A stretch of 64,000 bases of DNA from an uncultured Gemmataceae bacterium (GCA_963750165.1 CAVVPN010000003.1:192001-256000); one strand, 5' to 3'; positions 9,048 to 18,662 are shown, numbered from the stretch's first letter. A program made the numbers and translations. The notes: generated by a model not told the origin, from the letters alone.

Positions 9048-11968
9048 CACAACACCCACTCCCCCAGCGGCTCCTGCAACCGCCCGGCGAACTCCGGCAT
9101 CAGCCCGTACGCCAGCGCCAGGTACTGCACCGGATGCAGCGTCCGCTTGCCGCTGCCGTGCTCCATCTGCATCCGACAGGTGCTGCACTCGGTCGCCCCG
9201 AACAGCACGCGCGGCCGGTCCAGCTCCGCCAGCATCGGCCGTCCCGCCGCCATCGACGTGGCGTAGTTCGCCGCGCCTAGGCCGTAGGTGCCGGCCATGC
9301 CCGAGCAACCCACGTCCACCGGATGCACGCGCAGCCGCGGGATCAGCCCCAGCAGCGCCGGCCCCGCTGGCGGTCGCTGCGGTTGCAGCGCTTTCAGATG
9401 GCACGGCACATGATGCCCCACGGAAAAGTCCAGCGGCCGGAAGTCGGTGCGCAGCCGCCCCTGCTGGTGCAGGTCCCACAGGTACGCCGTCAGTTCGACG
9501 GTGCGGCCGGCCACCAGCCGGGCGTCCGGGTCGTCCAGCAGCTCCGGGTAGTCCTGCCGCAGCATCAGCGCCGCGGTCGGTTCCGAGCAGAGGATCAGGT
9601 CGCTCTCACGGGCGGCGTCGGCCAGGACGCGGACGTTCTGGGCGGCGACCTCGCGGGCCGTCTCCACATCGCCGTGCGCCAGCGCCGCCATGCCGCAGCC
9701 GCGCTGGCCGCGCGGCACGTACACGTCCACCTTGTTGTGCTTCAGCACCGCCACCACCGCCTCGGCCAGCGGCGGGTCGTTGTAGTTGGCGAACACGTCC
9801 ACGAAGTACGCCACGCGCGGCTTGCCTGGACGCGGCTTGCGCGTCCAGCCGCGGCGGCGGGCGCGGCGCATGAAACTGCGCTGGGCGAAGCGCGGCAGCC
9901 GTCGTGCCTGCGACAGGCCAACCACCCGCTCCAGCAGCCAGCGCACCGTGCCGCTCCGCAGCGCCAGATTGACCAGCAGCGCGAAGGCGCTGCCCAGACG
10001 CGCCCAGCTCTCGGCGCGCGACAAAAACCAGTCCTTCAGGTCCATGCCGTGCTCGGCCACGTTGGCGGCCTTGGCCTCCAGCATCAGCCGCGGCACATTG
10101 ACGTGGGCCGGGCACTCCTGGGCGCACATGCGGCAGTTGACGCACAGGTCCGCCACCGCCCGCACCTCATCGGCCGACAGTGGCGGCCCGGCGCCGCCGT
10201 CGCGCAGCAGGTGCCGCAGCAGGTTCGCCTTGGCCCGCGGTGCCGCCGCCTCGTCTCCCGTGGCCCGGAAGATCGGACACATGCGCTGCGCCGGCGCGTC
10301 CGTGCGGCACATACCGCAGCCGTTGCAGCCGGCCGCCTCGGCGCTGAACTCGCCCGGTTGCCAGCGCAGCAGCAGCGGCGCCGGCTCCGGGCCCGTCGGG
10401 CGGCGCAGCGGCCAGGCGGCCAGGCGCGGCTCGGGGTCCACGATCTTGCCGGGGTTGAAAATCCCCTGCGGGTCAAAGGCGGCCTTGAGCTGGCGGAACA
10501 CCGGGTACAGCGGCCCGTACTGCCGCGCCACCCACGGCGTCCGCGCCAGACCGGTGCCGTGCTGCGTGCTCACCGTGCCGCCCAGGTCCAGCGCCAGCGT
10601 ATGCACCTTCTCCGCGATGGCCGCCAGCTTCGACACGTCCTCGGGCTTCTGCAAATCCAGGAACGGCCGCGTATGCACCTGGCCAGCGCCGGCGTGGACC
10701 AGGAACGAGGCGGTTGTCTCATGCTCGCGCAGCACCTGCTGGACGCCGTGCAGGAACACCGGCAAATCCTCCGGCGGCACCGCCACGTCCTCGACGAACG
10801 CCAGCGGCTGGGCACCGCCGCGCAGGCTGTACAGCGCCGGCAGCGCCGCGTCGCGTACCTGCCACAGTCGCGCCACCTCCTCCGGCTCGGACGCCGTCTG
10901 CGCGGTCATCGCCAGGCGGTCAACGCGGTGCAGCTGCTCGGCCAGCTGCCGCGTCAGGGCGCGGGCCTCGGCGGGCGTGTCGGTCTCGTACGCCACCAGC
11001 AGTACCGCCTCGACCGCGGCCGGCACCAGCGCCGCGGCCGCGCCGTCGCCGCCGCGCGCCAGGCTCAGCAGCCGGCGGTCGATCAGCTCGCAGGCCGTCG
11101 GCCCGCTCGGCAGGGCGCGGCGGGCGGCCCGCAGCGCCGCCTCCAGGCTGGCGAAGCCGAGCAGCACCACGCCGCGTCCGCCCGGCAGCGGCGCCGTGCG
11201 CAGCGTTGCCTCGGTGACCAGCGCCAGCGTGCCCTCCGAGCCGGCCAGCAGCCGTGGCAGGTCGAGCCCGTCGGGGCCGAGCACGTCCTGCAACAGGTAG
11301 CCGCAACGGTTGAAGGTCGTCTTCGGCCGGCAGGTGCGGATCAGCTCGGCGTTCTGTTCCAGCAGCACTGCCACCGTGCTCACGATGTCCTGCAGGTGGC
11401 CGCCGGCGGGGGCGGCGCCCGGCGACAGCTCGCAGCTCGCCGCGGCGGCGTCGCCGTTGTCGAGCACCACGCGCAGGCCGGCGACGTGATCGCGGGTGTA
11501 GCCGTGCCGCAGAGCGTTGCCGCCGGAGGCGTTGCCGGCGACCAGGCCGCCGACCGTGCGGGCGTCACCGTCGTCCGGAGTGGGGGCGAAGCGGCGACCG
11601 ACCTCCGCCAGACGGGCGTTGAGCTGCCGGCAGGTGACGCCGGCCTGCACGCGCACCGTGTCGGCACCTACGTCGAGCACGGCGCGGAAGTGGCGGGAAA
11701 AGTCCACGATCAGACCGGGGCCGAGCGCCGCGCCCGCCAGACCAGTGCCGGCGCCGCGCGGCACCAGCGACAGGCGGTGCTCCGCGGCGTAACGGACCAG
11801 GCGGCGCACATCGTCCTCGTCGCGCGGCACCACCACGCCGGCCGGCCGCACCTGGAAAATGCTGGCGTCGGTGCTGTACAGGGCGCGCGACAACTCGTCG
11901 AAGAGCAGTTCGCCCTGAAAAAAGCCCTTCAAGTCGTCGCGCAAGCGCTCGCGTTGCTGGTCGTCCAC
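9047..11968 (-). CDS. FAD-binding and 4Fe-4S oxidoreductase (GlcD-GlpC type fusion)
   Basis: YSTDASIF, PRGAGTGLAG, GSEGTL, QHGTG, FNPGK; CNGCGMC and CVNCRMCAQECP; probable GTG start at 11968. Confidence 0.88.
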   Translation of the reverse strand: MDDQQRERLRDDLKGFFQGELLFDELSRALYSTDASIFQVRPAGVVVPRDEDDVRRLVRYAAEHRLSLVPRGAGTGLAGAALGPGLIVDFSRHFRAVLDVGADTVRVQAGVTCRQLNARLAEVGRRFAPTPDDGDARTVGGLVAGNASGGNALRHGYTRDHVAGLRVVLDNGDAAAASCELSPGAAPAGGHLQDIVSTVAVLLEQNAELIRTCRPKTTFNRCGYLLQDVLGPDGLDLPRLLAGSEGTLALVTEATLRTAPLPGGRGVVLLGFASLEAALRAARRALPSGPTACELIDRRLLSLARGGDGAAAALVPAAVEAVLLVAYETDTPAEARALTRQLAEQLHRVDRLAMTAQTASEPEEVARLWQVRDAALPALYSLRGGAQPLAFVEDVAVPPEDLPVFLHGVQQVLREHETTASFLVHAGAGQVHTRPFLDLQKPEDVSKLAAIAEKVHTLALDLGGTVSTQHGTGLARTPWVARQYGPLYPVFRQLKAAFDPQGIFNPGKIVDPEPRLAAWPLRRPTGPEPAPLLLRWQPGEFSAEAAGCNGCGMCRTDAPAQRMCPIFRATGDEAAAPRAKANLLRHLLRDGGAGPPLSADEVRAVADLCVNCRMCAQECPAHVNVPRLMLEAKAANVAEHGMDLKDWFLSRAESWARLGSAFALLVNLALRSGTVRWLLERVVGLSQARRLPRFAQRSFMRRARRRGWTRKPRPGKPRVAYFVDVFANYNDPPLAEAVVAVLKHNKVDVYVPRGQRGCGMAALAHGDVETAREVAAQNVRVLADAARESDLILCSEPTAALMLRQDYPELLDDPDARLVAGRTVELTAYLWDLHQQGRLRTDFRPLDFSVGHHVPCHLKALQPQRPPAGPALLGLIPRLRVHPVDVGCSGMAGTYGLGAANYATSMAAGRPMLAELDRPRVLFGATECSTCRMQMEHGSGKRTLHPVQYLALAYGLMPEFAGRLQEPLGEWVL

Positions 11969-12075
11969 CGTGCGTCGTACCTCGGAGCGGGCCGCTGCCG
12001 GCGGCAAGGGCCCTGCGCGTTCATGATACGGACTGCCGCGGCGAACTGAAGGCCAACGCCGGGCAGCGCGGTGAG

Positions 12076-12128
12076 TCGGAGCCCGAGCGCCAGCGCGGGG
12101 CAGCGCTGCCTCCACGCTGGCGCTCGGG
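12076..12128. repeat. REP-like palindrome, family shared with 47652-47728
   Basis: CGGAGCCCGAGCGCCAGCGCGG...CCACGCTGGCGCTCGGGC. Confidence 0.7.
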
Positions 12129-12386
12129 CGCGGACGCGAAACAAGAACGAGCAAGGCGATTCGGTATCAGAGGCGCGGCCGCATAATCTCACCAATTGGA
12201 GGGTGCGCATAGGGAAATGCCTGACGAATTTGACTGCCCAGACATCCCGACCTAGAAATGTGCGTCCACCTCTCAGGTCTGGCATGCCCGCGGCTCCCCC
12301 GTGCCGCCTCGGAGGTCGATTGCGGTTTCGACCGTATCAGGTTGAAACGCAGGACGATTGTCAGGGTAACAAGCGCCGCCGGGTTC

Positions 12387-12467
12387 CACGAAAGGGCAAA
12401 CCATCCGCAAGGGTGGGACGCAAAGCCATGGATCCCTCACCCCAGGGGGATCGCCAGGCCGCCGAAC
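12387..12467 (+). ncRNA. Cyclic di-GMP-I (GEMM) riboswitch
   Basis: GGGCAAACCATCC-GCAA-GGGTGGGACGCAAAGCC...GGCCGCCGA follows the class I consensus (GGCAAA, GNRA loop, GACGCAAAGCC); about 195 nt upstream of flp. Confidence 0.9.
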
Positions 12468-12661
12468 GGAAGTGGTCCACTCGGTTTGAGCCGCCGCCGG
12501 ACGCCCATTGCGCGCCGGTCGGGCAAGTGCTGCTTGCCATGCTGTCCCCCTGGTTTCTTTGTCCGACACGCAGCGCGGCCGTGCTCACGGTGGGCCGGCC
12601 GGCGGTGTCTTGCTGCCCCCGCGCGGAGCAGCCTTTCCCGGACCTGAAAGGATCGACTCAG

Positions 12662-12853
12662 ATGATTTCGCAACTTACCCGAAGTGTCGTGAACTTCCTG
12701 CAGCGTGAAGATGGCCCGACGGCCGTCGAGTACGCGGTCATGCTGGCCCTGATTATCGTGGTGTGCATCGTCGCCATCACCGCCCTGGGCAGCAACGCCA
12801 ACGCCACCTTCTCCAGCGTCAGCAACACCATCGGCTCCACCACCGGCAGCTGA
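12662..12853 (+). CDS. flp: Flp family type IVb pilin
   Basis: FLQREDG/PTAVEYAVMLALIIVVCIVAITALG; AAAGGA SD. Confidence 0.93.
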   Translation: MISQLTRSVVNFLQREDGPTAVEYAVMLALIIVVCIVAITALGSNANATFSSVSNTIGSTTGS

Positions 12854-12909
12854 CCGAACTGGCTCATTGCTGCGGCCGGCCCACAGCCTCTCCCGGGCCC
12901 GCCGTTTCC

Positions 12910-12973
12910 CCTCCGAAGCAGACAAACCCCTGGCGCGCCAGCCGGCACGCCAGGGGTTTGTCTGCTTCGGAGG
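12910..12973. repeat. Perfect 26-bp-stem palindrome after flp; related copy at about 13017-13085
   Basis: CCTCCGAAGCAGACAAACCCCTGGCG...CGCCAGGGGTTTGTCTGCTTCGGAGG. Confidence 0.85.
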
Positions 12974-13118
12974 TGCCCAAATGATCCCGCCTATCGCCAA
13001 CCAGGTCAGGACGGAAAACACCCCGGGCCCGCAGCACAAGCAAGGGTGGAGGTTGCTCCTTGCGCTGCGAGCCCGGGGTTTGTCGCTTGCTATCGGCCAT
13101 CCCTGGTGCCGCAGGACA

Positions 13119-13412
13119 TCAACGTCGGCCGTGGCGGGCACCCTGGTTGTGTCGCCCGAAGTTGGCATGGTTGTTCCCGCGGGTGTTGCGGTTGTTCCCG
13201 CGGATGTTGCGGTGGTTCCAGTGGGTGTTGCGATTGATGTGGTTCCACCGCATCACCGGCGTCTGGTGGCGGGCCTGCCGCCCCTGCCGGGAAACGTTGT
13301 TCAAGCGGAAGTGGTTCATCTGGCGGCCGCGGGGAGGAGCGGCGGAGAGGTCGGCGGTGACGACGGTCAGAGCGAAGAGAGCGACCGCGCCACAAATCAA
13401 CGTGCGGAACAT
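13119..13412 (-). CDS. Small secreted Arg/Asn/His-rich low-complexity protein
   Basis: Signal peptide MFRTLICGAVALFALTVVTADLSA; GGAG SD; 7-aa repeats NIRGNNR/NTRGNNH. Confidence 0.6.
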   Translation of the reverse strand: MFRTLICGAVALFALTVVTADLSAAPPRGRQMNHFRLNNVSRQGRQARHQTPVMRWNHINRNTHWNHRNIRGNNRNTRGNNHANFGRHNQGARHGRR

Positions 13413-13615
13413 GAGGAGGACTCCAAAGACGGCACCGGAAGGTGGGGCGCCGCACTGTGCCGAGGGTGCGGCGTCTCGTAAGAATTGCCTCCACCTAAGT
13501 CATTGTAGGCGTATGGATTTCAAGAAAAAAAGTGCTGGTCGAACTTCGATCAGGCTGCTTGCGAAACGCGCAGGGTTCGCACGCCGCCAGTTCTGTAGAA
13601 GCTCTGGATTTGGGC

Positions 13616-13667
13616 GCGCGGCGTCAGCCCGCCGGTACTCGGAAGTACCGGCGGGCTGACGCCGCGC
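13616..13667. repeat. REP-like palindrome family A, copy 1
   Basis: GCGCGGCGTCAGCCCGCCGGTACT-CGGA-AGTACCGGCGGGCTGACGCCGCGC. Confidence 0.9.
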
Positions 13668-13706
13668 CGTGCGCCATGGTTGGCGGGTTGTGAAACGGGC
13701 TGATCG

Positions 13707-14120
13707 TCACTTCGCCAGCAAATCAATCAGGGTGCGCAGCGCGGCCGCCCCGTAGCGCTCCACCAGCTCCTTCGTCGTCCGCACGTCGCTCAGGCTGATG
13801 CCGCTCGGCATTGCCGCCTTTGCCGCCGCGGACTTCGGCGCCGCCGGTTTGGCGGCCGCCGGCTTTTTCGCGGCCGTCAGACCGACGCTCACCGGGGCGC
13901 CTTCCTTGCGCAGAATGTCGCCCTTGCACGTCGAAACGTGATCGGTCGTCATCTCGATGCCGAAAGCCTTCTTGATGTGAGCCTGCAGTTCCGCCGGTTT
14001 CGCCTGGGGGCCGAGCTTGGCCAGCGCCCGACGCACCGCCTCCTTTTTCGTCAAGCCGTTCGCCTTCGCGGCCGCCTTCGCCGGGCCGCCGGTCGTCTCA
14101 TGAGTCGCGTTCGCCATCAT
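13707..14120 (-). CDS. Small basic putative DNA-binding protein
   Basis: KKEAVRRALAKLG..KPAELQAHIKKAFGIEM; AKKPAAAKPAAPK linker; GGGAGA SD. Confidence 0.7.
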   Translation of the reverse strand: MMANATHETTGGPAKAAAKANGLTKKEAVRRALAKLGPQAKPAELQAHIKKAFGIEMTTDHVSTCKGDILRKEGAPVSVGLTAAKKPAAAKPAAPKSAAAKAAMPSGISLSDVRTTKELVERYGAAALRTLIDLLAK

Positions 14121-14309
14121 ATGTTCTCCCGATGGGTGGACGTTCGCAGATCAAGTATCTGAATTGTTACCGCAGATTGCCCAGCCGTCCACTTATCAGG
14201 GGGGTGGGCCACCGCTCCGCCCCGGGGTGGCGCCCGCTTATCTCGCCCCAACGGCCCAACCCGACCGAGGTGGCAGGCGGCCCGGCGGTTTTGCGATATA
14301 ATGCACCAC

Positions 14310-15545
14310 ATGAAATACGCCATCATCATCCCTGACGGTTGCGCCGATGAGCCCCAGGAAGCGCTCGCCGGCCACACGCCGCTGCAGGCCGCCTACACGC
14401 CGCACATGACCCGGCTGACCCGCCAGGGGCTGGTCGGCCGCAGCAACAACGTGCCGCCGACGCTGACGCCGGCCAGCGACGTGGCCACGCTCAGCCTGTT
14501 TGGCTACGACCCACTGCTCGTCTACACCGGCAGGGCTCCGCTGGAGTGTGCCGCGATGGGCCTGTCTCTCGGCCCCGACGATTGGGCGGTGCGCTGCAAT
14601 CTGGTGAACGTCGAGGACGGCCGCATGCGCGACTTCACCGCCGGCCACATCAGCAGCGCCGACGGCCGGGCGTTGATCGAAGCCGTCCACCGGGAGCTGG
14701 GCGGCACCTTTCCGTTGAGGGGCCCCGGCCCCGCCGCCCAGGTCGATTTCGCGTTTCATCCCGGCGTCAGTTATCGCAATATATTTCTGGTGCGTCCGCA
14801 GGGAGTGCCGGCACCGTTCAGCGAGCAGACCAAAACGCAGCCGCCGCACGACATCCCTGACCGACCCATTGCGGATCACCTGCCGACTGGCCCCGGCTCA
14901 GAACTGCTGCGCGACCTGATGGAGCGGAGTCGGGCGGTGCTGGCCGGGCACCCGGTCAACCGGGCACGGCAGTCCCGCGGCGAACGGCCGGCGACGCAAA
15001 TCTGGCTGTGGGGCCAGGGGCGAGCGCCGCAACTGCGGCCGTTCCGGGAGGTGTACGGCAAGCGCGGCGCCATTCTGAGTGCAGTGGACCTGGTGCGCGG
15101 CGTCGGCGTACTGCTGGGCTGGACGCGCATCGACGTGCCGGGCGCCACCGGCTACCTGGACACGGACTACGCCGCCAAGGGCCGCTACGGTGTGGCGGCG
15201 CTGCAGGATCACGATCTGGTGTGTGTGCATGTCGAGGCGCCGGACGAGGCGTCGCACGAGGGCCGGGCGGACGCCAAGGTGAAGGCGCTCGAAGAAATCG
15301 ACCGGCACATTGTGGGGCCGCTGCTGGAGGCGTTGCCGGCGTATGGCGACTGGCGGATGCTGGTGTCGCCGGACCATCGCACGCCGCTGCGGACGCGGGC
15401 GCACGCCCACGGTGAGGTGCCGTTCGTGGTCGCCGGCACCGGTGTGGAGTCGCGCGGTCAGGCCAGCTATGATGAAGTGGTCGCCGCCGCCAGCGACCAG
15501 GTGTTTGAGCGCGGCCATCATTTGATGCGATGGTTTTTGGAATAG
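14310..15545 (+). CDS. apgM: Cofactor-independent phosphoglycerate mutase, ApgM type
   Basis: MKYAIIIPDGCAD, GRAPLE, AVRCNLV, HVEAPDEASH, SPDHRTP. Confidence 0.9.
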   Translation: MKYAIIIPDGCADEPQEALAGHTPLQAAYTPHMTRLTRQGLVGRSNNVPPTLTPASDVATLSLFGYDPLLVYTGRAPLECAAMGLSLGPDDWAVRCNLVNVEDGRMRDFTAGHISSADGRALIEAVHRELGGTFPLRGPGPAAQVDFAFHPGVSYRNIFLVRPQGVPAPFSEQTKTQPPHDIPDRPIADHLPTGPGSELLRDLMERSRAVLAGHPVNRARQSRGERPATQIWLWGQGRAPQLRPFREVYGKRGAILSAVDLVRGVGVLLGWTRIDVPGATGYLDTDYAAKGRYGVAALQDHDLVCVHVEAPDEASHEGRADAKVKALEEIDRHIVGPLLEALPAYGDWRMLVSPDHRTPLRTRAHAHGEVPFVVAGTGVESRGQASYDEVVAAASDQVFERGHHLMRWFLE

Positions 15546-15629
15546 TCATTAGTCATTGGTCATTAGTCATTAGTTATCTTGGGCTGCGGCCCAGATAACT
15601 AATGACTAATGACCAATGACTAATGACTC
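15541..15629. repeat. Inverted pair of heptamer tandem arrays
   Basis: (TAGTCAT/TGGTCAT)n then (ATGACTA/ATGACCA)n around TCTTGGGCTGCGGCCCAGA. Confidence 0.9.
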
Positions 15630-15645
15630 TTGAGGAGTATGATTC

Positions 15646-16473
15646 ATGAAGCGATTCGTCACGGCCCTGCTGTTGCTGGGCCTGCTGCACCTCGGCGTGG
15701 CGCCGGCGCAGGACAAGGATAAAGACAAGGATAAGGACAAGGACAAGGGCAAGATCCGGATTACCTGGCACGGCCAGTCCTTCTTCCGCATCCTGACGCC
15801 GCAGGGTACGCGCGTGTTGATCGATCCGCACGACATCCCCGGCTACGGCCGCGTCATCGGCATGAAAGCAGACCTGGTGCTGATGTCACATAACCATAAC
15901 GACCACACCCAGCTGGTCGTCATCGACAACATCAAGGACAAGAAAAACCCGCCGCTGGTCATTCCGGGCTGGGTCAAGAAGGGCAAGAAGGAAGACTGGA
16001 ACCTGCTCACCACGACCGTCAAGGATGTGAAGTTGCGCACCGTCGGCGTCTATCACGACAACATGGAGGGGTTCAAGTACGGCAAAAATACCGCCTTCGT
16101 TCTGGACATCGACGGTTGGCGCATTGTCCATTTGGGCGACCTGGGGCACCTGCTGTCGGACGAGCAGATCAAGCAGATCAAGAAGGACGGGCCGATTGAC
16201 GTGTTGATGATCCCGGTCGGCGGCATCTACAGCCTGAACGGCCGCGAGGCGAAGAAGGTGGTCAAGCAATTGCAGCCGCGCGAATATATCCTGCCGATGC
16301 ACTACGGCACACCGGTTTTCGACGACCTGTTGCCGGTCACCGAATTTCTGGAGGGTCAGCCGCGCGAAAGCATCCTGCGCATGAAGGACAACCGCCTGGT
16401 GCTCGATCGCGACGACAAGCGCGCCCGGCCGCAGATCACCTTGCTGCACTGGTGGTCTAAAGGGAAACAATAG
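15646..16473 (+). CDS. MBL-fold metallo-hydrolase with signal peptide and DK repeat
   Basis: ITWHGQSFF, LIDP, SHNHNDH, HLGDLG, IPVGG, PMHY; GAGGAG SD. Confidence 0.88.
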   Translation: MKRFVTALLLLGLLHLGVAPAQDKDKDKDKDKDKGKIRITWHGQSFFRILTPQGTRVLIDPHDIPGYGRVIGMKADLVLMSHNHNDHTQLVVIDNIKDKKNPPLVIPGWVKKGKKEDWNLLTTTVKDVKLRTVGVYHDNMEGFKYGKNTAFVLDIDGWRIVHLGDLGHLLSDEQIKQIKKDGPIDVLMIPVGGIYSLNGREAKKVVKQLQPREYILPMHYGTPVFDDLLPVTEFLEGQPRESILRMKDNRLVLDRDDKRARPQITLLHWWSKGKQ

Positions 16474-16611
16474 TCAATAGTCAATAGTCAATAGTCAATA
16501 GTCATTAGTCATTAGTCATTAGTTCACTGGGTTGAGGCGCAGGGAGAAACGCCCGTCGCTCGGATCCTGTTAACTAATGACTAATGACTATTGACTATTG
16601 ACTATTGACTA
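16468..16611. repeat. Inverted pair of heptamer tandem arrays between convergent genes
   Basis: (CAATAGT)n(CATTAGT)n ... (ACTAATG)n(ACTATTG)n; both flanking stop codons lie within repeat units. Confidence 0.9.
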
Positions 16612-17328
16612 CTGCTGCCGCAGGCGGCTGTGGATGATCTCGACTGTGAACTGGGAAGTGCGGCGCACGTCGCGGTCGGTGTCCACCTGCGAGGCGCGGA
16701 TCAGCGCCGGCAGCGCCCGCGGCGCGCAGAGCAGACCCAGCGAACGCGCGGCCGCCTCGCGCACCATCGGACTGCGGTCGCCGGCCAGCACCGCCGTCAA
16801 CGGGTCCACCGCCCGATCCGCGTTCAACCGGCCCAGCTGCTCCACCGCGTCGCAGCGCACCTGCTCGTCCGGACTGGTCAACTTCTGCAAATAACCACTG
16901 ACGGCCGCTTCATGATTGCCTGCCGCGGGCGCCGCGGCCGTCATCACCGGCGCCGGGGCGGGACTGGGCGAGTTCATCACCGGCACCGACTGCAGGGGCG
17001 GCTGCAACATCTGTGGGGCGGACTGCGGCGCCACCGGGGCGGGCGGCGCCGAGTACACCGGCGGCTGCGGCGCCACCGGGGGAGCCTGCATCACCACGGG
17101 CGGCGGTTGCACATACACCGGCGCGGGCTGCACGTACACCGGCGCCGGTGCGACGTACACCCCGCCATAGGGCCGGTAATATCCGTAGGGATAGTAACCG
17201 TAGGGCCGGTAGTACGGCCCCGGGAGACCAACGCCGATGGCGACGCCCCAGGCTTGCGCCGGGACGGCACTCGCGCAGCAGCCCAGCACCGCCAGCACGG
17301 CAGCGCCCAGCAGACGTAGTTTGCTCAT
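16609..17328 (-). CDS. Secreted Pro/Tyr-rich protein with C-terminal HEAT repeats
   Basis: Signal peptide MSKLRLLGAAVLAVLGCCASAVPAQA; PAPVYVQ repeats; VRCDAVEQLG, VREAAARSLG. Confidence 0.8.
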   Translation of the reverse strand: MSKLRLLGAAVLAVLGCCASAVPAQAWGVAIGVGLPGPYYRPYGYYPYGYYRPYGGVYVAPAPVYVQPAPVYVQPPPVVMQAPPVAPQPPVYSAPPAPVAPQSAPQMLQPPLQSVPVMNSPSPAPAPVMTAAAPAAGNHEAAVSGYLQKLTSPDEQVRCDAVEQLGRLNADRAVDPLTAVLAGDRSPMVREAAARSLGLLCAPRALPALIRASQVDTDRDVRRTSQFTVEIIHSRLRQQ

Positions 17329-17570
17329 GTGCGGAACCCTCCTTATCTGTTCGGGCGACAAAAGCCGCGGAATTATGTCACCGCCGCCGCCGCCGTCAAG
17401 GCCAAGCACCTTCCGGGGTGATGTCGGTGGGCTGGCTGCGGAGGAAAGCGCCATCGATTACCATCGGCACGCTGGCCCGCCGCCCATAACTTCGGCTTGG
17501 CGCTGATTCCCGTGCGCTGTACAAGCCGCCGCTGATCGGATCGACCCAGCCCGGAAGGAGGAAATAGATC

Positions 17571-18593
17571 ATGCACTCAGCGCGCGGAATCGCCCTGGTC
17601 GTCCTGCTCGGCGTTGCCGGTGGCGGCTCGGCCCAGCAGCCGGCACCGACGCCCGCCCCGCCCGGCCCGCCGGCGCCGGCGGCCAGCGTCATCGCCGTCA
17701 CCGTCAACGGCCAGAACATCCCCGAACTCGCCATCTACCGCGCCCTGCAGCGCATCCCGCCCGCGCAGCGCGACGCCGCCCGCAAGGACGTGCTCAACTT
17801 CCTCATCGACACCGCCCTCATCGACCAGTACCTCGACCAGCTCAAGGTCGCCATCGACGGCAAGGAAGTGGACGCCGCCATGCAGCAGATGAAGGACGAG
17901 TGCGCCAAGCTCAAGAAATCGTGGGAGGACGTGCTCAAGATCACCTTCGTGACCGAGCCGGAACTGCGTGTGCAAATCACCAACCAGCTGCGCTGGGAAA
18001 AGTTCGTGGCCCAGTACGCCACGGACAAGGCGCTCAAGGATTACTTTGAGCAGAACCGCGCCATGTTCGATGGCAGTCAGGTCCGCGCTCGCCATGTGCT
18101 GCTGAGCCCGCCCGCCGACAACGCCCAGGCCGTTGAACAGGCGAAAGCCAAGCTACTGGCGCTGAAAAAGCAGATTCAGGAGAAGGTCGCCCAGGAGCTG
18201 GCCAAGGCACCGGCCACGGACAAGCTGGCGCAGGAGAAGGCACGCATGAAACTGCTCGACGACACCTTCGCGGAGGTGGCGACGAAGGAGTCGGCCTGCG
18301 GCACGAGCAAGAACGGCGGCGATCTGGGCTGGTTCACTCGTGCCGGGCCGAACGGTGTCGAACCGTTCGCCCGCGCCGCGTTCGCGCTGAAGCCGTATGA
18401 GATGACCGACGTGGTGCAGACGGACTTCGGCTATCACCTTATCCTGGTTGTGGACCAGAAGGCCGGCCGGGAGGTGAAGTTCGAGGAGGTGCGCGAGATG
18501 GCCAAGGAGGTGTACGCGGAACGGCTGCGCGAGGCGGTCATCAGCCGGGCGCGGCCGGCGGCGCGCGTCGTGGTCAACCCGCAGCCGAAATGA
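17571..18593 (+). CDS. Parvulin-type peptidyl-prolyl isomerase (foldase)
   Basis: VRARHVL, FAEVATKES, GGDLGWF, FARAAFAL, VQTDFGYHLI; AAGGAGG SD. Confidence 0.9.
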   Translation: MHSARGIALVVLLGVAGGGSAQQPAPTPAPPGPPAPAASVIAVTVNGQNIPELAIYRALQRIPPAQRDAARKDVLNFLIDTALIDQYLDQLKVAIDGKEVDAAMQQMKDECAKLKKSWEDVLKITFVTEPELRVQITNQLRWEKFVAQYATDKALKDYFEQNRAMFDGSQVRARHVLLSPPADNAQAVEQAKAKLLALKKQIQEKVAQELAKAPATDKLAQEKARMKLLDDTFAEVATKESACGTSKNGGDLGWFTRAGPNGVEPFARAAFALKPYEMTDVVQTDFGYHLILVVDQKAGREVKFEEVREMAKEVYAERLREAVISRARPAARVVVNPQPK

Positions 18594-18598
18594 GATCG

Positions 18599-18662
18599 GG
18601 GCGAGCGGCTTCAGGCCGCCGGTTCTTCGAGTTACCGGCGGGCTGACGCCGCGCCGCTCGCC
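18599..18662. repeat. REP-like palindrome family A, copy 2 (degenerate left arm)
   Basis: GGGCGAGCGGCTTCAGGCCGCCGGT...ACCGGCGGGCTGACGCCGCGCCGCTCGCC. Confidence 0.85.

Noticed and set aside
8802..11968. moaD plus FAD/Fe-S oxidoreductase as a ubiquitin-like conjugation system
   Set aside because: No E1/ThiF, JAB or E2 gene nearby; ordinary MoaD features.
15711..15750. GACAAG/GATAAG hexamer run as a phase-variation tract
   Set aside because: In-frame DK linker with mixed synonymous codons; length change would not shift frame.
15541..16611. CRISPR array
   Set aside because: Units are 7 bp in tandem with no unique spacers, and no cas genes are present.
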